A DNA stretch of 64,000 bases from Chrysomallon squamiferum. Its lineage: Eukaryota; Animalia; Mollusca. Location of the stretch: NCBI GenBank assembly GCA_012295275.1, contig CM022667.1, forward strand, positions 2,480,001 through 2,544,000. The letters run 5' to 3'. The position numbers and the translations under genes are program-made. The notes under the pieces were generated by a model. It saw nothing but the letters and a program-made list of their open reading frames with translations, did no database searches and was not told the DNA's origin. Positions 17,867-37,600 of the stretch are shown here, piece by piece. Position 1 is the first letter of the stretch. Every line of letters starts with the position of its first letter.

Positions 17867-19560
17867 CTTCCCGAGCTGTTTCGCTGGGTAGACGACATAG
17901 ATAGCTATAATTTTATTGTGAGGCTTTTTTTTTTCTTCCTGAACTGGTTCTCACAATCTGTGTATCTCTTGATTGACAGCTGATGTCGACATTTCGTAAT
18001 AGTAGGTGTGTCAAATAAATGTATGCAGTCGTCTGTATTGAGAATAAACATAATCTGGTGTGTTCGCTACATTAGGAAAACAAAATTAAAGAGATATTAC
18101 ACGCTAAAACCTTTAACTGAAGTTGGAAAATATTTCCCCATTCCTAATACACTCATTCACACATACACACACACACACATACATACATACACACATACAC
18201 ACACACATAGATGGATAGATATATAGATAGACAGATAGATAGATATATAGATAGACAGATAGATAGATATAATGATGGACAGAAATCAAATATATACATA
18301 TATAATGGAATATACAGAACAAACAACATTAATTTTTTATGAATTTTCTTAACAAAACAAAAGTGTCATTCGTAATTCATGTGAGAACAGTTGTACTATA
18401 TTCAGTTTAGGTTCAAAGTTAACCACAATATATATTTATGTACTTTTATTTTATTTTTATTTTTATTTTTATTTTTTATTATTCTTTATAAAGTTAGACA
18501 GAAAATAAGGCATATATTTTGGAAAAATAAAAACAATAAAATAGTAAAAAGAATATATAAAAAACTAAATAAAATAAAAAATAGAATTTAAAAAAACTAA
18601 ATAAAATAAAATTTAGATTAATCCATGGATTATTAATGAAAACGTTTTACGAATAGGCATAGGCATATACATCAGTATACTCATAACTTTGATAAATGTA
18701 TATTTCTTTAATCAGCTGTTTCTTTAATCACATATAATATACATATACATATAATATACATACATACATACACATATATATATATATATTGTTTTTTATT
18801 TCATATTTCTATTTTCTTTACTACACAATTTGCATAACTGTTTTTTTTTTTTTTTTTTTTTTTTTTGAGAGACCAAATAAATTTAACGTGCAAGTCAGAG
18901 TCTTTATTTATTGTGTGAAATTCTTATACGGTAGCATTATCAGAACCTGATTCTTCAATACACGTCATTCTGCTTGTTTGTTATAGTTTTATACTACCCA
19001 CTCATTAACAGCATGAAAAAGTATATGATTATTTAATATATGAAATTATTATTATTATTATTATTGTTATTATTATTATTTTCATCATCATCATCATTAT
19101 TATTATACACATAACCTCTGTTTCTTTTCTTTTTTTTAACTTTTTTACTTTTAATTTTTAATTATTCTTTTATTTTCGAATCACAGTAAAATTCTCCAGA
19201 TTTATACTGTAATCTATAACTGACATAACTGCTATAAAAATTTCAACAACACAACAAGAACAGTGAATAAATATATCACAACAAACATGTATTTACATCA
19301 ATATCCAAATTTTAAATAATACTTCAATGAAGAAATATGAAATAAAATATCTGGGACACTAAATCAGTAAATAAATAAATAAATAAATAAATTAAATTAA
19401 ATTAAATTAAAACAAATTAAATTAAATTAAATAAAATATTAAAAGAAGCAAAAATTATTTCACCGAAACCAACATTAATAGTTAGCCATAAAAAGGAAGT
19501 AATAACAACAACAATATCGACAGTAATAACAATCATAATAATAATAATAATAACAATAAC

Positions 19561-19638
<78 letters not shown>

Positions 19639-19639
19639 T

Positions 19640-19670
<31 letters not shown>

Positions 19671-19738
19671 AGCAATTAATTAATTAGTAAGTAAACAAAT
19701 AAATAAATGATTAAAAACGATCAGAAAGGAACGTTTTC

Positions 19739-24659
<4,921 letters not shown>

Positions 24660-24774
24660 GGCGAGCAAAAACAGTTAATACGTCCAGTTCCGACCACTGA
24701 AACGTGGTTATTTCAAAACTTAATTCTTAGTTTACTCTTATCGTTTATGTGAAAAAAATCTCTGCACTTCCAAA

Positions 24775-24895
24775 CTTTTATATGTTTTCCCTGCCGTAAG
24801 AAATGAAATTTTAACAGTCATTCATAAACAAACATTTACTACGTTTCACCGGATTGGTGGATTTCGTCACCGCGGGGTTTCACCTGCGCATGCGC
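24775..24895 (-). promoter_or_regulatory. LamG copy 4 proximal promoter (NRF1-like motif, CCAAT, TATA)
   Basis: TGCGCATGCGC at 24885-24895, CCAAT block at 24846-24865, CATATAAAAG near 24775-24784. Confidence 0.5.
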
Positions 24896-25342
24896 CGACT
24901 GAGCTGTTTCGCCGGGTAGAAGACATAGATAGCTATAATTTTATTGTGAGGCTTTTTTTTTCTTCCTGAACTGGTTCTCACAGTTTATGTATCTCTTGAC
25001 TGACAGCTGATGTCGACATTTCGGAATAGTAGGTGTGTCAAACAAATGTTCGCCGTCGTCTGCTTCGAGAATTAACATAATTTGTTGTGTTCGCTACATT
25101 GGGAAAACAAAATTAAAGAGATATTACACGCTAAAACCTTTAACTGAAGGTGGTGTATATTTCCCCATTCATAATACATTCATTGAAACACAGACACACA
25201 CACACACACACACACACATCATCATCTGCAGATACATACAAATGTCTGTATATACATACACATATATGCATATATTCATATATATATATATATATATATT
25301 TATACATATACATATATACACACACACGCACGCATCCGCGCA

Positions 25343-25390
<48 letters not shown>

Positions 25391-26082
25391 CACACACACA
25401 TAGGACAGTACATATGTATGTAATTTAATGTTTACCTAATGGGTTAATCCTGAGGTAAATAAAGAAATAAAGAAAGAAAGTTGATAAGAAATTTCCCTAG
25501 CAAATTATCGTCAATCATGAAACGACACGTATTCCTTCAATAATCGATATGCTTTGTGATTATCGATTTTGTGGAGGCGGGCAATATTGAGTTTATTTAA
25601 CGCCATCAGTAATTTCTTGAAAATGTCTTCGAGGAAGGGGCGACGCATGCCATTTCCTAAATCACAAACACAATTGTGTTTGCATTTCGGGCAAAGTAGC
25701 GAATAATGGCGACAAATACACTCAGAGAACGTAATGAGATGTAATAATAGAAAACAGCTACGCTAATTGTATGCTTAATAGTTTCTGTTATTCGCCGGTT
25801 TTTACGTGGGAAATGATAATAATTTTTAACATGGTCAGTTCTGTTGTGTCTTGGACGGATCTAGGAGGAACGACGACAACAAAAACAACAACAAAAAGTT
25901 TAAAAAAAAGAAGAAGATGAGAGATTGCTCGCTTTTCAATGTCTGTAAACTGGAAAGCTGTATATCTATCTATCTATCTATCTATCTATCTCTCGTGTCT
26001 ATCTATCCGTCTAACCTATCTGTGTTATATATAGATATATATGTCTGCCTGTCTGACTATTTCTATATTATTCTTTTTCTTC

Positions 26083-26165
<83 letters not shown>

Positions 26166-29100
26166 TGTCTTTCATTATTGTGTATGTAACTGCCCTATGA
26201 CGTTTCAGAACTAAAAGTGTAATTAACTCAGGTGATGAAAAGCAGACGATATTTTAACAAAACTGAAAAAAAAAAAAAATAAAAATAGAGATATTGTCGT
26301 TTAAATGTTTTGACTCTTTCTCCTTTTTCCTGTGATCTTTTAAATATTCATTACCTGTATTTTTCCAGAAGTTACCGCTCATATGCATAAAATGATAAAG
26401 AGAGGGAAGGATACATATATGAATTATTATAAACAAATGTACACATATTTTATCATGCATTCATAAGAGAAAAATTATAATTTTTGTGAACTACTTTTCA
26501 GTATACTTTAATAATATTTATTAATTGTACAGTTAATGAGACACACAAAAACACACACACACACACATATCCACATATACACACACACTTGTATGCACAT
26601 AAAACATACAACCTACATTTAGAAATAAAAATACATTTGCACAAAAATACATACAGAGAAATAAATACATTTTTAAAAATCTGATCGAGTACTTTTCTCA
26701 TATTTCATCGAAATGTAAAAAAGTAATTTAAAAAATAAAAATAAACGAAAAGAAAAGAAAGTAATTAAGATGGCGGCAACTGTTCTGAGCTATTTTTGGC
26801 AGAATATTGCTAGAAATAAAATGATTAATAATTATATATTTGTTTTTATTTTTAATATACCTATTAATAGTAGACATAACAATAAATGTGATTCATTTTT
26901 AATTAATAATTTGTTAAAAATATACATAACTGTTTTAGTTAGGTGAAAAAAAATTAAGTTATAAATATCTGTCTAACATTTAATCGACGGTTGAATTTTG
27001 AACTCAGTGTGGTTTATAATTTATTTTATTTATTTTGTTTCGTTTTATTTTATTTTATTTTAATTTTAATTTTTATTTTATTTATTTCACCCTAGCTCGT
27101 TTGAAACAAGGCCCATCACAATTATTAAAATGTGGATTTGGTAATACGAAGAAATGAAGTGTAAAATATTTCATAGTTCCAAGTTGTTACCTTAATAACG
27201 AATTACACCAACAAAGAAAAGAAAAAAGAATAAGCCGCTGTTTCTTTCTTTCTTTTTTTTCTCTATAAACATTGTTTTATTTATTTGTATTTTTCAAATG
27301 TTCGCCAGGAAAAAAAAAAAAAAAAAAAAAAAAAAAATAAAAAAATACAGCAATCAGTCCACTATGACTGCGATTATGATGAGGTAAAATAGATTAAGAT
27401 TTTTTTTAAACGACATATAATTCGACACTGTTTCTGCAGTCACTCTTTAATGTGAAAGGCGGAAATACATCACATGACCTCATGACCTTCAAACGTCTTT
27501 AATTACGTAATCGATATTACATTATTTTCTTATATGAACTTTACAGAGTTGACACTTCTAAAAGATTTACCCACCACTGGCATATTTAGAGCAGTCGAGG
27601 TGATTGCTCGCCAACCGCAACGTAGTTCAGTCTGCGATTATGTTTTACAAATGGCAATTACTTATGAACATCTTTCGCCCCTCCCGCCTTATCTTGTTAC
27701 ATTTCTGATGTGAAGTAATTTAGAAACATTATGTACGTGTAACACGTCGAGTGTTTACTAAAGTTAAAATAAAACTTCAGCTAAGATTACTAGTCTGGCG
27801 GTCACGGGTTGTCGACTTTTCACAAAGGAACAGACTAAATGGGAAGTGGCAGTATTGCACTAAGCTTTTTGTGCATGTACACAGCTTAACAATAGTGTAG
27901 TTCACATTTAAAACCTGAAAGCTTTCGGTTCAAGGCCTCGTGTAGTCTTAAGCTTTCACGTTTCTATTTTAGGCTTATGAATGAAATATTAATATTTTTG
28001 CGTAAGTTTGCAGATCCAGAATATAAATCAACTTCGACGAAGATTTTATTTTTTGAGAGATCACGGGGGACTGATTCTATTTTCAATGATTTCTAATTTC
28101 TAATTCATATATACAGTATAGTGAAAGCTTTTTGATTCGTGTTATCGAAAACAAATTCAGGTAATTCGTGAAATCACTGTTTCACGAACGGATAGCTGTT
28201 ATTAAAATCCAAGAAGCCATCATGAACATTAAAGAAATTTCATACAGCACCGATGACGTAATTAAATACATTTGCAGGTTATGATGTTCTGTCATATCTA
28301 ATTCTGCTTTTCACATTAATTACATTAAGAATATTCTAAATTTACTATTCCACTGTCCTCATCAAACAACACTAAGGTGAACAATTCTGGGATGTCAAAA
28401 CTGTTATGAAGTCATCAAGGCAAAGCCTTTAGGTTTAACAGTAAACGATAGACAGTGTCTCATTATAAGGTAGAATGGGAGTTCCAACAAATATGTTTTT
28501 TTTTTTTTTTTTTTTTGTATTTTATTTAAATTGTTTGTTTGTTTAAGGACAGCAGGTATATCATGTATTTGCGTACTGCTGATTCAAGCTGAAGAATCTT
28601 AGTTGATTTTTTTATTCATTCATTCATTCATTCATTCATTATTTTATTTTTTATGGGGGGGGGGGCATTCCCAAAAGTAACTCAAGAAAGTATAAATTAT
28701 ATTTTTTTAGTTCAAAAATATTTAATAATATACACCGATGAAGATTAAATGCATTTACTGCAAGAAGAGTATTATCCCTTGACAGACCATAAAAAGTGAT
28801 TTAAAATGTGTTAAATGTAAAAATATAGTAGATGAATACTGACGTACATTTGATAACCGATACATCTTAGACTGTGTCAGTTACACGGAAACGTCCAAAC
28901 ACAAAAAAACCCACAAACCAATATGAACAAAAGAATCTTCCTGAAATGCGATAATTTAATAATCTTAAATTTAGCGGCCAGGTGCGCAAGTCGTCTAAAA
29001 GGATTAATCAAAATGCTTTGTCTCAAATCTTCGCTAATCTCTGCACAGTAAATTTACAGTGTTACAGTTGAATAAATGAAAAGCTTTCGCTGATGTAGGA

Positions 29101-29739
29101 AATACCGATCAGAAGACAAGAGTGCATTTTCAGTACTGTTGTTGTGCTTAATTTTTTAATAGATTTCCTAGACGTCTGCATTCCCATGGAGCTCATTACT
29201 CTAGAGACGCAATTAAATTCCTCCGTGTGGTCGGCGAGCCAGCTAAACTCCTTGTTAGTTTATTACTCTAAAGAGAAAACTTAATAAATTAATTACTGTT
29301 TTTTGCAAAATAATTGAACAATCCGCACATTGTCTACTTTCGAATTTATTCAGACAAGTTTAAGAGATTTGCATCTTGTTAACCTAGTTATTTCACTATT
29401 GTCTTCGTTAAGGTCACTATACTACTGCTGCTACTACGACTGTTACTATAGTTCAGTTACTACAGTACTGTTACTTTTATTTCACATACATACGTGCACA
29501 TATAAAAAATACATGGAAAAATGGAAAGACATATGCACCAACTAAAACCAGCCTTAATAACTGACGTCAATTTTTAATTTGTTTTGTTTATTTACGAACT
29601 CGACATTTCACACTGCACCTTGTGACACAACATCAATTAATTAATCTCCTGTGAGTCAGCAAATCCAATTGAAATGGTACATTTGTCATCTTTAAAGTTA
29701 ATGGAAGGGAAGGACAACAAACAACTGAGAAAAGTAATA

Positions 29740-29799
<60 letters not shown>

Positions 29800-30500
29800 G
29801 CTATTTCCAACACTGTTTCTACTATTACTACTAGCAACTCTACACTTCCTATTTAATTTACTACTACTGCTGCTGTTGCTGTTACTTGTTATTTTTAACG
29901 TTACTATTACTCTATTGTTACAGTTACTAATAATGTTACTATTATTACTATTACAACTGCAGCTGCAACTGTGATGGAATAGTAGTGATGATATTAGTTG
30001 AATTATTATTAGTAGCAGTAATCTTAATAGTAGTCGTAGTCGTAGAAGTAGTCTTAGTAGCGTTAGTAGTAATAACAATAGTACTAGTACAAATGGTGGT
30101 ACTGAATACGTAAATGTTGCATCACCCAATTCTTACAATATCAACTGGCGTGACATTTGCGTAATGACTCACAACCTGGTATGAACATACACGTTATATG
30201 TATATACCAGAATGCATTTCTATGTTTAATGAGAAACTACCTACCAGCTCAACACCTTTTAATAAAAAATTATTTAATCACAATAAGACTAATGCAAACG
30301 ATTTTTTTAGACAAATGGTTTTAGACATGACTGTCAAACATGACATAAACAACATTAAATCATCATAACGTTTCGTCGAATATTAATTATCTTAGAGATG
30401 GTAAAAGGTCGTTGAGACAATCTGGTAACATCAGAGTATAAACCGGCAACAACTGTTCTTTAAAAATAGCAGCGAGATATATTTTATATGCCCCTTCTCA

Positions 30501-30532
<32 letters not shown>

Positions 30533-33500
30533 TAATAATAATTACAAAACACAGCATTTGATCATTTAGTAATGGGGCATTCACTAGAACGGGTTATTTT
30601 CCAGTGATATGTATTCAAGATTTCGTTTACAGTCAGTAAAAATTAAGAAACAGTTTGGTGCAAGTCAAGTAAACGAGAATTTCGGTTGATAAATTTGTTT
30701 TGCTGACAAGAGAACTTGCGACACCATGAGTAATTTATTATTTAATGTATGAATCGTCTCGAATAGAATAGAAACCATTGATATGGTAAAAGTATTAGAC
30801 TAGCCGTCAGCAATGAATGCAGTATCCATTGTAACATTGTTTAATTCAGCTCGTTTAGTGTTTGAAATCGTAAACACCTGATAAACAAGTGTCGTCTGTT
30901 CGCAGAGAAAACGAGTACTTCCGGTGTAATTATTTATCTGGCTGTAGTCTAGTCTCTATTCAAAACAGAAAAAGAAAGACTATCTGTATTACGTGTCTGC
31001 CCCAGAAAAATAACAGTTTTATATATTCATTAATACTCTCATAATTTTTATTTTTTTTATGTTTTTTATCAGACTTGTCAACACTGCAAAAGAAAACGGT
31101 TTTGGTGCGTTCGTAAAAAAAAGTCCAATTGCTACCTGGCGGACATCCCAGCATGTTAACACTGAATGCATTGTTATTAGTCCGGTCGCCGTAGTCGTAT
31201 TACCCGTTTCAGAACAAATGTCTCTTTATATGTGAAATAAAATCTCGCTTTGTACATTTTTAAGGACGAAAAGACGACGTGAAAGGTAAAAAGACGATTA
31301 TAAATGTTCGTAGGGTGTCAAAAAAAAAAAATAATAATAATAATAATAAAAAAAAAAAAAATTATATGTCAGTTTAAACCCGTCTTTTGTTGGATTAAAT
31401 AGATATGTTACAAAATAAGTAATAAAATTACACTACGATGATCAAATATATTAATATGTAAGGTAGTTATGGATATTTTAAGTATGTTAAAAATAGCCTT
31501 TTTTCTCTGGATTTTTTTTTTTTTTTTTTTCTTAACTCAGCAAATCTCTGTAATCTAACAATGATAGAATGGTAAAATAAACATAAAAATAAAAATATAA
31601 AATTTATCAACAAATAAATAAATTAATTAAAATCCTTTATTTCCTTTGATTTTCAAGGTAATCTAATGAAGTTTTCAGAATAATTATACTGACTAGTAAA
31701 CTCTCGACAGATATTGTCTGAAATGTTATTTGGGTCTTGTTATATAATAGTATCTATAAGATTTCATGGAAATATACTGGTTTAATGAAGCGTTGTTTTC
31801 ACATAATTTCGTTCGCCGTGACGCTCCACCGGAACGACTGAGCTCCTAAGTTGAAAAACCGAACCTTCGCAATTATAGAATCCTGAAATTTAGTCTGCAG
31901 TTCAAACGTTTATAGCAATAAAACGAATTAATTTTGGACGAAAACTATGGATGGGGCGGACAGATCGATCGAACTTCAAAATCTGACGGATTTTAAAAAT
32001 TCAAGAATAACGATGAAGAGGGACATATCCCTCACATCACATTACATCAATAAATATCCGGTAAAAAACGTCGCTGAAAATCGAAAAACCTGCATTTCCT
32101 GAATGCCCCTCAGCAAACTCCGAAAAGGTACGATCGGCGAAAACTACTCGCCGTAGATTAAATGTGAAAGATACTGGATTATTTTTTCTTGGATAAAATT
32201 GTTTTGTTATATTCAGATATCTGCGTCATCTTTCAAGTCTAAACTCAGAAATGACGTACATTTAAGGATGGCTATGTAAATGTACATCCATCGATGTATG
32301 GTGTTTTATGTCTGTATGCATGTTTAGGTGAATGTATTATAATTTGTACGTGTTTATTTGCCTCATCGTTACCTACCTTTTTAATTCTGCTCATTTTTTA
32401 TTACCTCAATACTGATAATAGGTAATTATAAAGATACTCTTCAATAGCAATAAAATGAATCTTACTCTAAAGCAAATGTCTGTAATATACATTCTTTTTT
32501 ATTTACAGAATCTAGTATTGTGCATTATAAATGTTCACATACATTACAAATAAACTAAAAAATAACAAATACTTTTTTTTACATCATTTTTATTAGTGTA
32601 AAGAATATTAGAAAAGATAAAAATTTTAATCTTACAACTTTTTATTCTTTTTGTTGTAGTCTATTATTATTATTTTTTAACATTTAAAAAAAAAATTATA
32701 ATAGAAATTTGATTTAAAAAGACTTAAACTATTATTAGTCCAAAATCGACATACAACATAACAGACATCTTTTTCCAGATAATAAAATAATTTGTTGAAG
32801 AATGATATATATATGTCTTTTTTTTTTTAAATTTTCTTTATTTAGATTATCATTTAAAAAGTTCCCAATAAACTGAAAACAAGGCCACTTTGAAAAAATG
32901 TACTCGATCTGTTAAAATTAACTTTTATTTTTACACCTTTCTCCATACAAGATTCTATCTGATAAAAGGAAAATGTTGTTGGTTATATTCACTTTTAACA
33001 TTTTGATATCAGAGAAATAAAGCAGTAACAAGATGTATATTTACTTACTGGACATAACAGAAAATGCTCTTGGTGTAATGTGGCTGATGTAATTTTTATG
33101 TTAATAAACATTTACTAACTAACCCATAAGCACTGTAAGGTAATACTGTTGTGTTTAAATTCAAAGTAATAAAAAAATTCTTTTACATATGTGAACAACA
33201 GAAAATAAAAAATAACAACAAAAATCAATAACAACAACAACAATAAAGAAGAAAAAGATACTGATTAAAAAAAAACAAATAACAATGACATTTTTTATTT
33301 AAAATGTACAGCAACAACAGAATCTATAAAACTACCCAGCACAACAATAATATCAAAAAAGACGTTAAAAATGTATAAAATCAGTAACAATATAAAATAT
33401 TATTTGTGCATATATAATAAATGTGAGTACATTTTAATAAAGACTCTTTAAGGCACGACATTCCATTGTGGCAGCTATCAGAAGAAACAATGTAATAAAT

Positions 33501-33710
33501 AAAATTTACTGAAATAAATTGAAAAAAACATTATAAAAATACTAATAATCAGTTAGTATAGAGTCTTTTAAAAATATTTCTATGTGAATATATGAATAGA
33601 GTACAACAATGTCTTCCATTTTCCCATGTTTCCTAGACATTATTTTATTTTGATATATTTTCATTTTGGGTTACATATAATTGTTAATAACAAAATAATT
33701 TTACCCATTT

Positions 33711-33925
33711 ACAACTGGAGTCATGACATCACTACATTCACATGGTATCACTACAAACAACTGGACTCATGATACCACTGTATGTATCTGGAGTCATGAC
33801 GTCACTATGTACAACTGGAGTGATGACATCACTATATTCACATTATGTCACTACAAACAACTGGACTCATGATAGGACTGTATGTATCTCGAGTCATGAC
33901 ATCACCACATACATCATGATGTCAT
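33711..33925. repeat. Tandem repeat, 100-bp unit x2, built from shorter CTGGAGTCATGACATCAC-like subunits
   Basis: ACAACTGGAG recurs at 33711 and 33811; lies downstream of the LDHD stop codon. Confidence 0.8.
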
Positions 33926-34429
33926 TGTGTATACAGCTGACTGATGCTTATACACTATTTTATTCTGACAATAACAGAAGTAAAAATCATTTCACCCTAT
34001 ACATGCTGATGTCTTTTGTAGTTATACATCATTATTAATTATGGCTGTTTAGTAGAAAAATAAATGAAATGTAGCTTGGAAAATAGGAATAATATGTTAA
34101 GACATCCCTTTCTATCACCAAAGGTACTCTTCAAATAAAGTCAAACATGATTAAAATAATCTTAGTTATAAATGGGCTAAATATTGACTGAAATGGTTCA
34201 CTTGAGTAATAGAGATAAACTATTTGCATAAGCAAGAAACCAATTCTGTATATGAGATAAAAAAAAATTCCCCACCTTTTTATCAAAATATTCTTCTATT
34301 ATTCATATATAATTGTATGGCTATTAATAAATTATTTATAAAATCAAAATAATAGTTTCTTCATTAACATAAAATTTTATATAATCAATGATTATTTTTC
34401 CAAGTATCTGCAAATTCTGTTATAAATAC

Positions 34430-34485
<56 letters not shown>

Positions 34486-34633
34486 CTTTCAAAAGATCAT
34501 AACTCTTTATGATTTTGTAAAAAAAAAACGATTAATAATAGTTAATTCTGTGATAAATATATAAAATTCAAGGATTTTATAAGCATAATCTGGTATTCTT
34601 CATTTTTAACAGTGGACAAGCATTTTGGACCAG

Positions 34634-37600
34634 TTAACAGAAAATTTTGCCAGGATTGAGGATATTTTTCGGGTCTAAGGTTTTCTTCAGCTGTTTGAGA
34701 ACTGCCATACCTGCTGGACCAAACTCTTTTTCCAGAAGTTCTCGTTTTCCAATTCCAATCCCATGCTCCCCTGAACATGTACCATCCATTGATTGGCCAA
34801 GTCTGTAAACAAAAGTAATTAAATAATGTAATATATGTATATACATAATGTCAGAAATTACACAAGTAAAAATAATAAAATAAAATTATATGTTTCAGAA
34901 GATTTTAACCATCAAGGGTATTTTCCAAATTAAAAAAAATATATACAAGCTTTTTCTTTACTGTTTGTGGTCCTTTTCTTTGAAACTGACTTCACTTTCA
35001 TATCCTTATCAAACAATCCAAGAATGCCTGCAAAATTGATGAAACCACAGACTGATAACTAGGATTAAAAAATATCCTGTTATGGAGTCCATTTTTTTTA
35101 ATTTTTTTTTTTTTTTTTTTATCTTCATGGATACTCACAAAGCTATGATTTCAGCTGTTTTCACAACCATGTCTTCTTGTTCTTTATTATTTTCCTCCAT
35201 TATCATAAGAGCATGGAAATTTCCATCACCAACATGACCAAGAAGAAAGGCTGAAAGATTTAAAAAAAACAAAAAAACAAGAAGTAGTGCATACTTACAA
35301 AGCCATTTTCATAGCAATGTCTTTACTTTTCTCAAGTTGTTCAGTATTTCCCTCTCCAACAGGAAAGAACACGTGAAAATTCCCATCTCCAACATGTCCC
35401 ACAATTGGCCCTAAATTTCAACAGAATTTAAACTGACGTAAACAGACAAGATTAAATAATTAAAGATAGAAGTATAATAATGATTACACAAGCAATATTA
35501 CCAGAAACACTTTAAATGGTAATGAAAGTAGAGGCCAAAAAGTTTTTTTTATAAACACTTGTATTTCAGCATTCATATGTATTATAGATTTAATTATCTA
35601 AATTCATCTATTTACATGATGTTAATTTCATTTATTGAAAATGTAATTTCGTTTACACTTTATTTAGTTGAATATAATCATCTTAATAAAATTTATATTA
35701 TTATGCCTGTTTGCATCAGAATTCTGAAACATATGTTAAGTAAATATAAATGGATAAACACATACAACATCCCATGTAAAGAGATAAACAGATATAAATA
35801 AATAAAATAATTTTTAAACACATTTTCATGACATACCAATTACTCCAGCCTCTTTGATGAGCTGTTTTGTTTTGGTGATCATTTCTGGAAGTTTGGAGAT
35901 TGGAACACAAACATCAGTGGAGTATGGCTGGAAAATATAAATAAATAAATTGTTTGAAAAAAGCTTTCAGCATTGAAGTCTTATTATTTCTTTTAATTAT
36001 AGTATTGTTCATGTGAAAGTATTATGGCCTACACTAAATCAAAACAATTATTATTTTTACATTCTTGTGCTTCTAATGAATCATTCTGAGTAGTTTTTAC
36101 TTTGCCTTCTTTGGGAAGGCACATTTTTGAGATGACTTATTGCTAATCAACAATCAAAATAGCTGACAGAGCATCAGCAACTAGTTCTCTTTTTAATTTT
36201 GTTATTTTAAAGGAATAAATAAATAATTATTAAATACACAAGTAATAGTTTTTGCAGATTATAATTTTAAAAATATGCACTTGTGGATTTTAATATTAAT
36301 AAAGACAGGTGATGAATGACTATTAGTACATGTCGAGGTGTTAAACATCAATTATATTTTTTTGTTAATTGATTTATGAGGAGAAATAATGATCAATTCT
36401 AATAACAAATTTTTAAAAGAAATGTTTATATGACCTTTGATCCTGGCTGCAAGGCCATGCAAGCATAAATAATTTCATGTCGAGCTTTCCAAAGTTTTCT
36501 TCTTGCCTCATCTTCACGAGCCCAAACAAAATCAGAACCTCCATTACTCTTACACAGATCCTCTGTAATTACATTTATAATTTTGTTATCAATATTTTAT
36601 TATTCGTTGTTATTTATTCGTTTTTTTATTATTTTATTTTATTTTATTTATTAATTATTATTTCTTTTTCAGCAAACTACAATTTTGTATGTTGATAACC
36701 AAAATTATTTTAACAGTTATTAAATAGCCTAGTTATTAAATTGCATAATAAAGTTTCTTTTAGTAACTACTAACAGTGCCCAAAAGATTTAAGTAAGTGT
36801 TAAAAAGAAAACAGAAATGACGTCTGATATCTCAAAATAATTTAAATTATAAGAACAATAAAATAAAATGAAAGAAAAGAAAAAATTACAATAAACAAAA
36901 AAAATAACCTACAAGAAGACAATAAATGAAATGTTAGATACATTTAGAAAATATTGAAATCAACATTAATCTTTACTGTTTTTAAATACATAATAACATT
37001 TATTAACTTTGCCAGGGTATTATAGGCATGAGTTTGAGTTATAAGCATTCAACTGATTTTTTTTACTCAAGACCTGTTCAGTATGCTTTAACACTGGGAA
37101 GTATTGGTCTACTTCTTTAACAAAACAACAACAACAATGTAAACAATAACTGAAACATTTTTGAAAAGCAAAACCACAAACTAGACACAAGTGGAAAACT
37201 TGTAATAATATATAAACACTTACATTAAAAAAGAAACCAAACTGTAAAAATTTTAAAGTATAATTAAATAAAGCAATATAACCTTTTTAAGAATTATGTA
37301 TAATAAAATAAATAAAAAATATTGATGTATAGACAGCAGTATCCTGGATATATGCTTTTTATTTTTTATTTATTGTTTTATTTTTAATGTATGAAATGAT
37401 CTGAAAAAAAGAAAAATGGAAAATATCTATATCCTTTTATCTTCATGATCTTGCTATTTTATTATCATACTTTAACGTTAGAACAAATTGTCTAGTGAGG
37501 ACTAACAAACGGAATCATATTTAATCCTTTTGTGTAACATCATCATGTCATTCAGTTTTATTAAATAATATTGTCTTACCAACTAGTTCCACCTGAGCAT

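Noticed and set aside
25425-25462. TTTACCT...AGGTAAA hairpin after a (CA)n tract, like a Helentron/HINE end
   Set aside because: No matching other terminus or second full copy in the window.
31690-32110. Complex CpG-rich block ending in GAATGCCCCT, possible DNA transposon
   Set aside because: No convincing partner inverted repeat or target duplication.
33742-34038. 98-aa plus-strand ORF
   Set aside because: It arises from the 100-bp tandem repeat downstream of LDHD.
34962-35058. Possible third LDHD alternative exon
   Set aside because: It has AG/GT-like ends but no GHVGDGNFH similarity, the wrong length, and a stop in the required phase.
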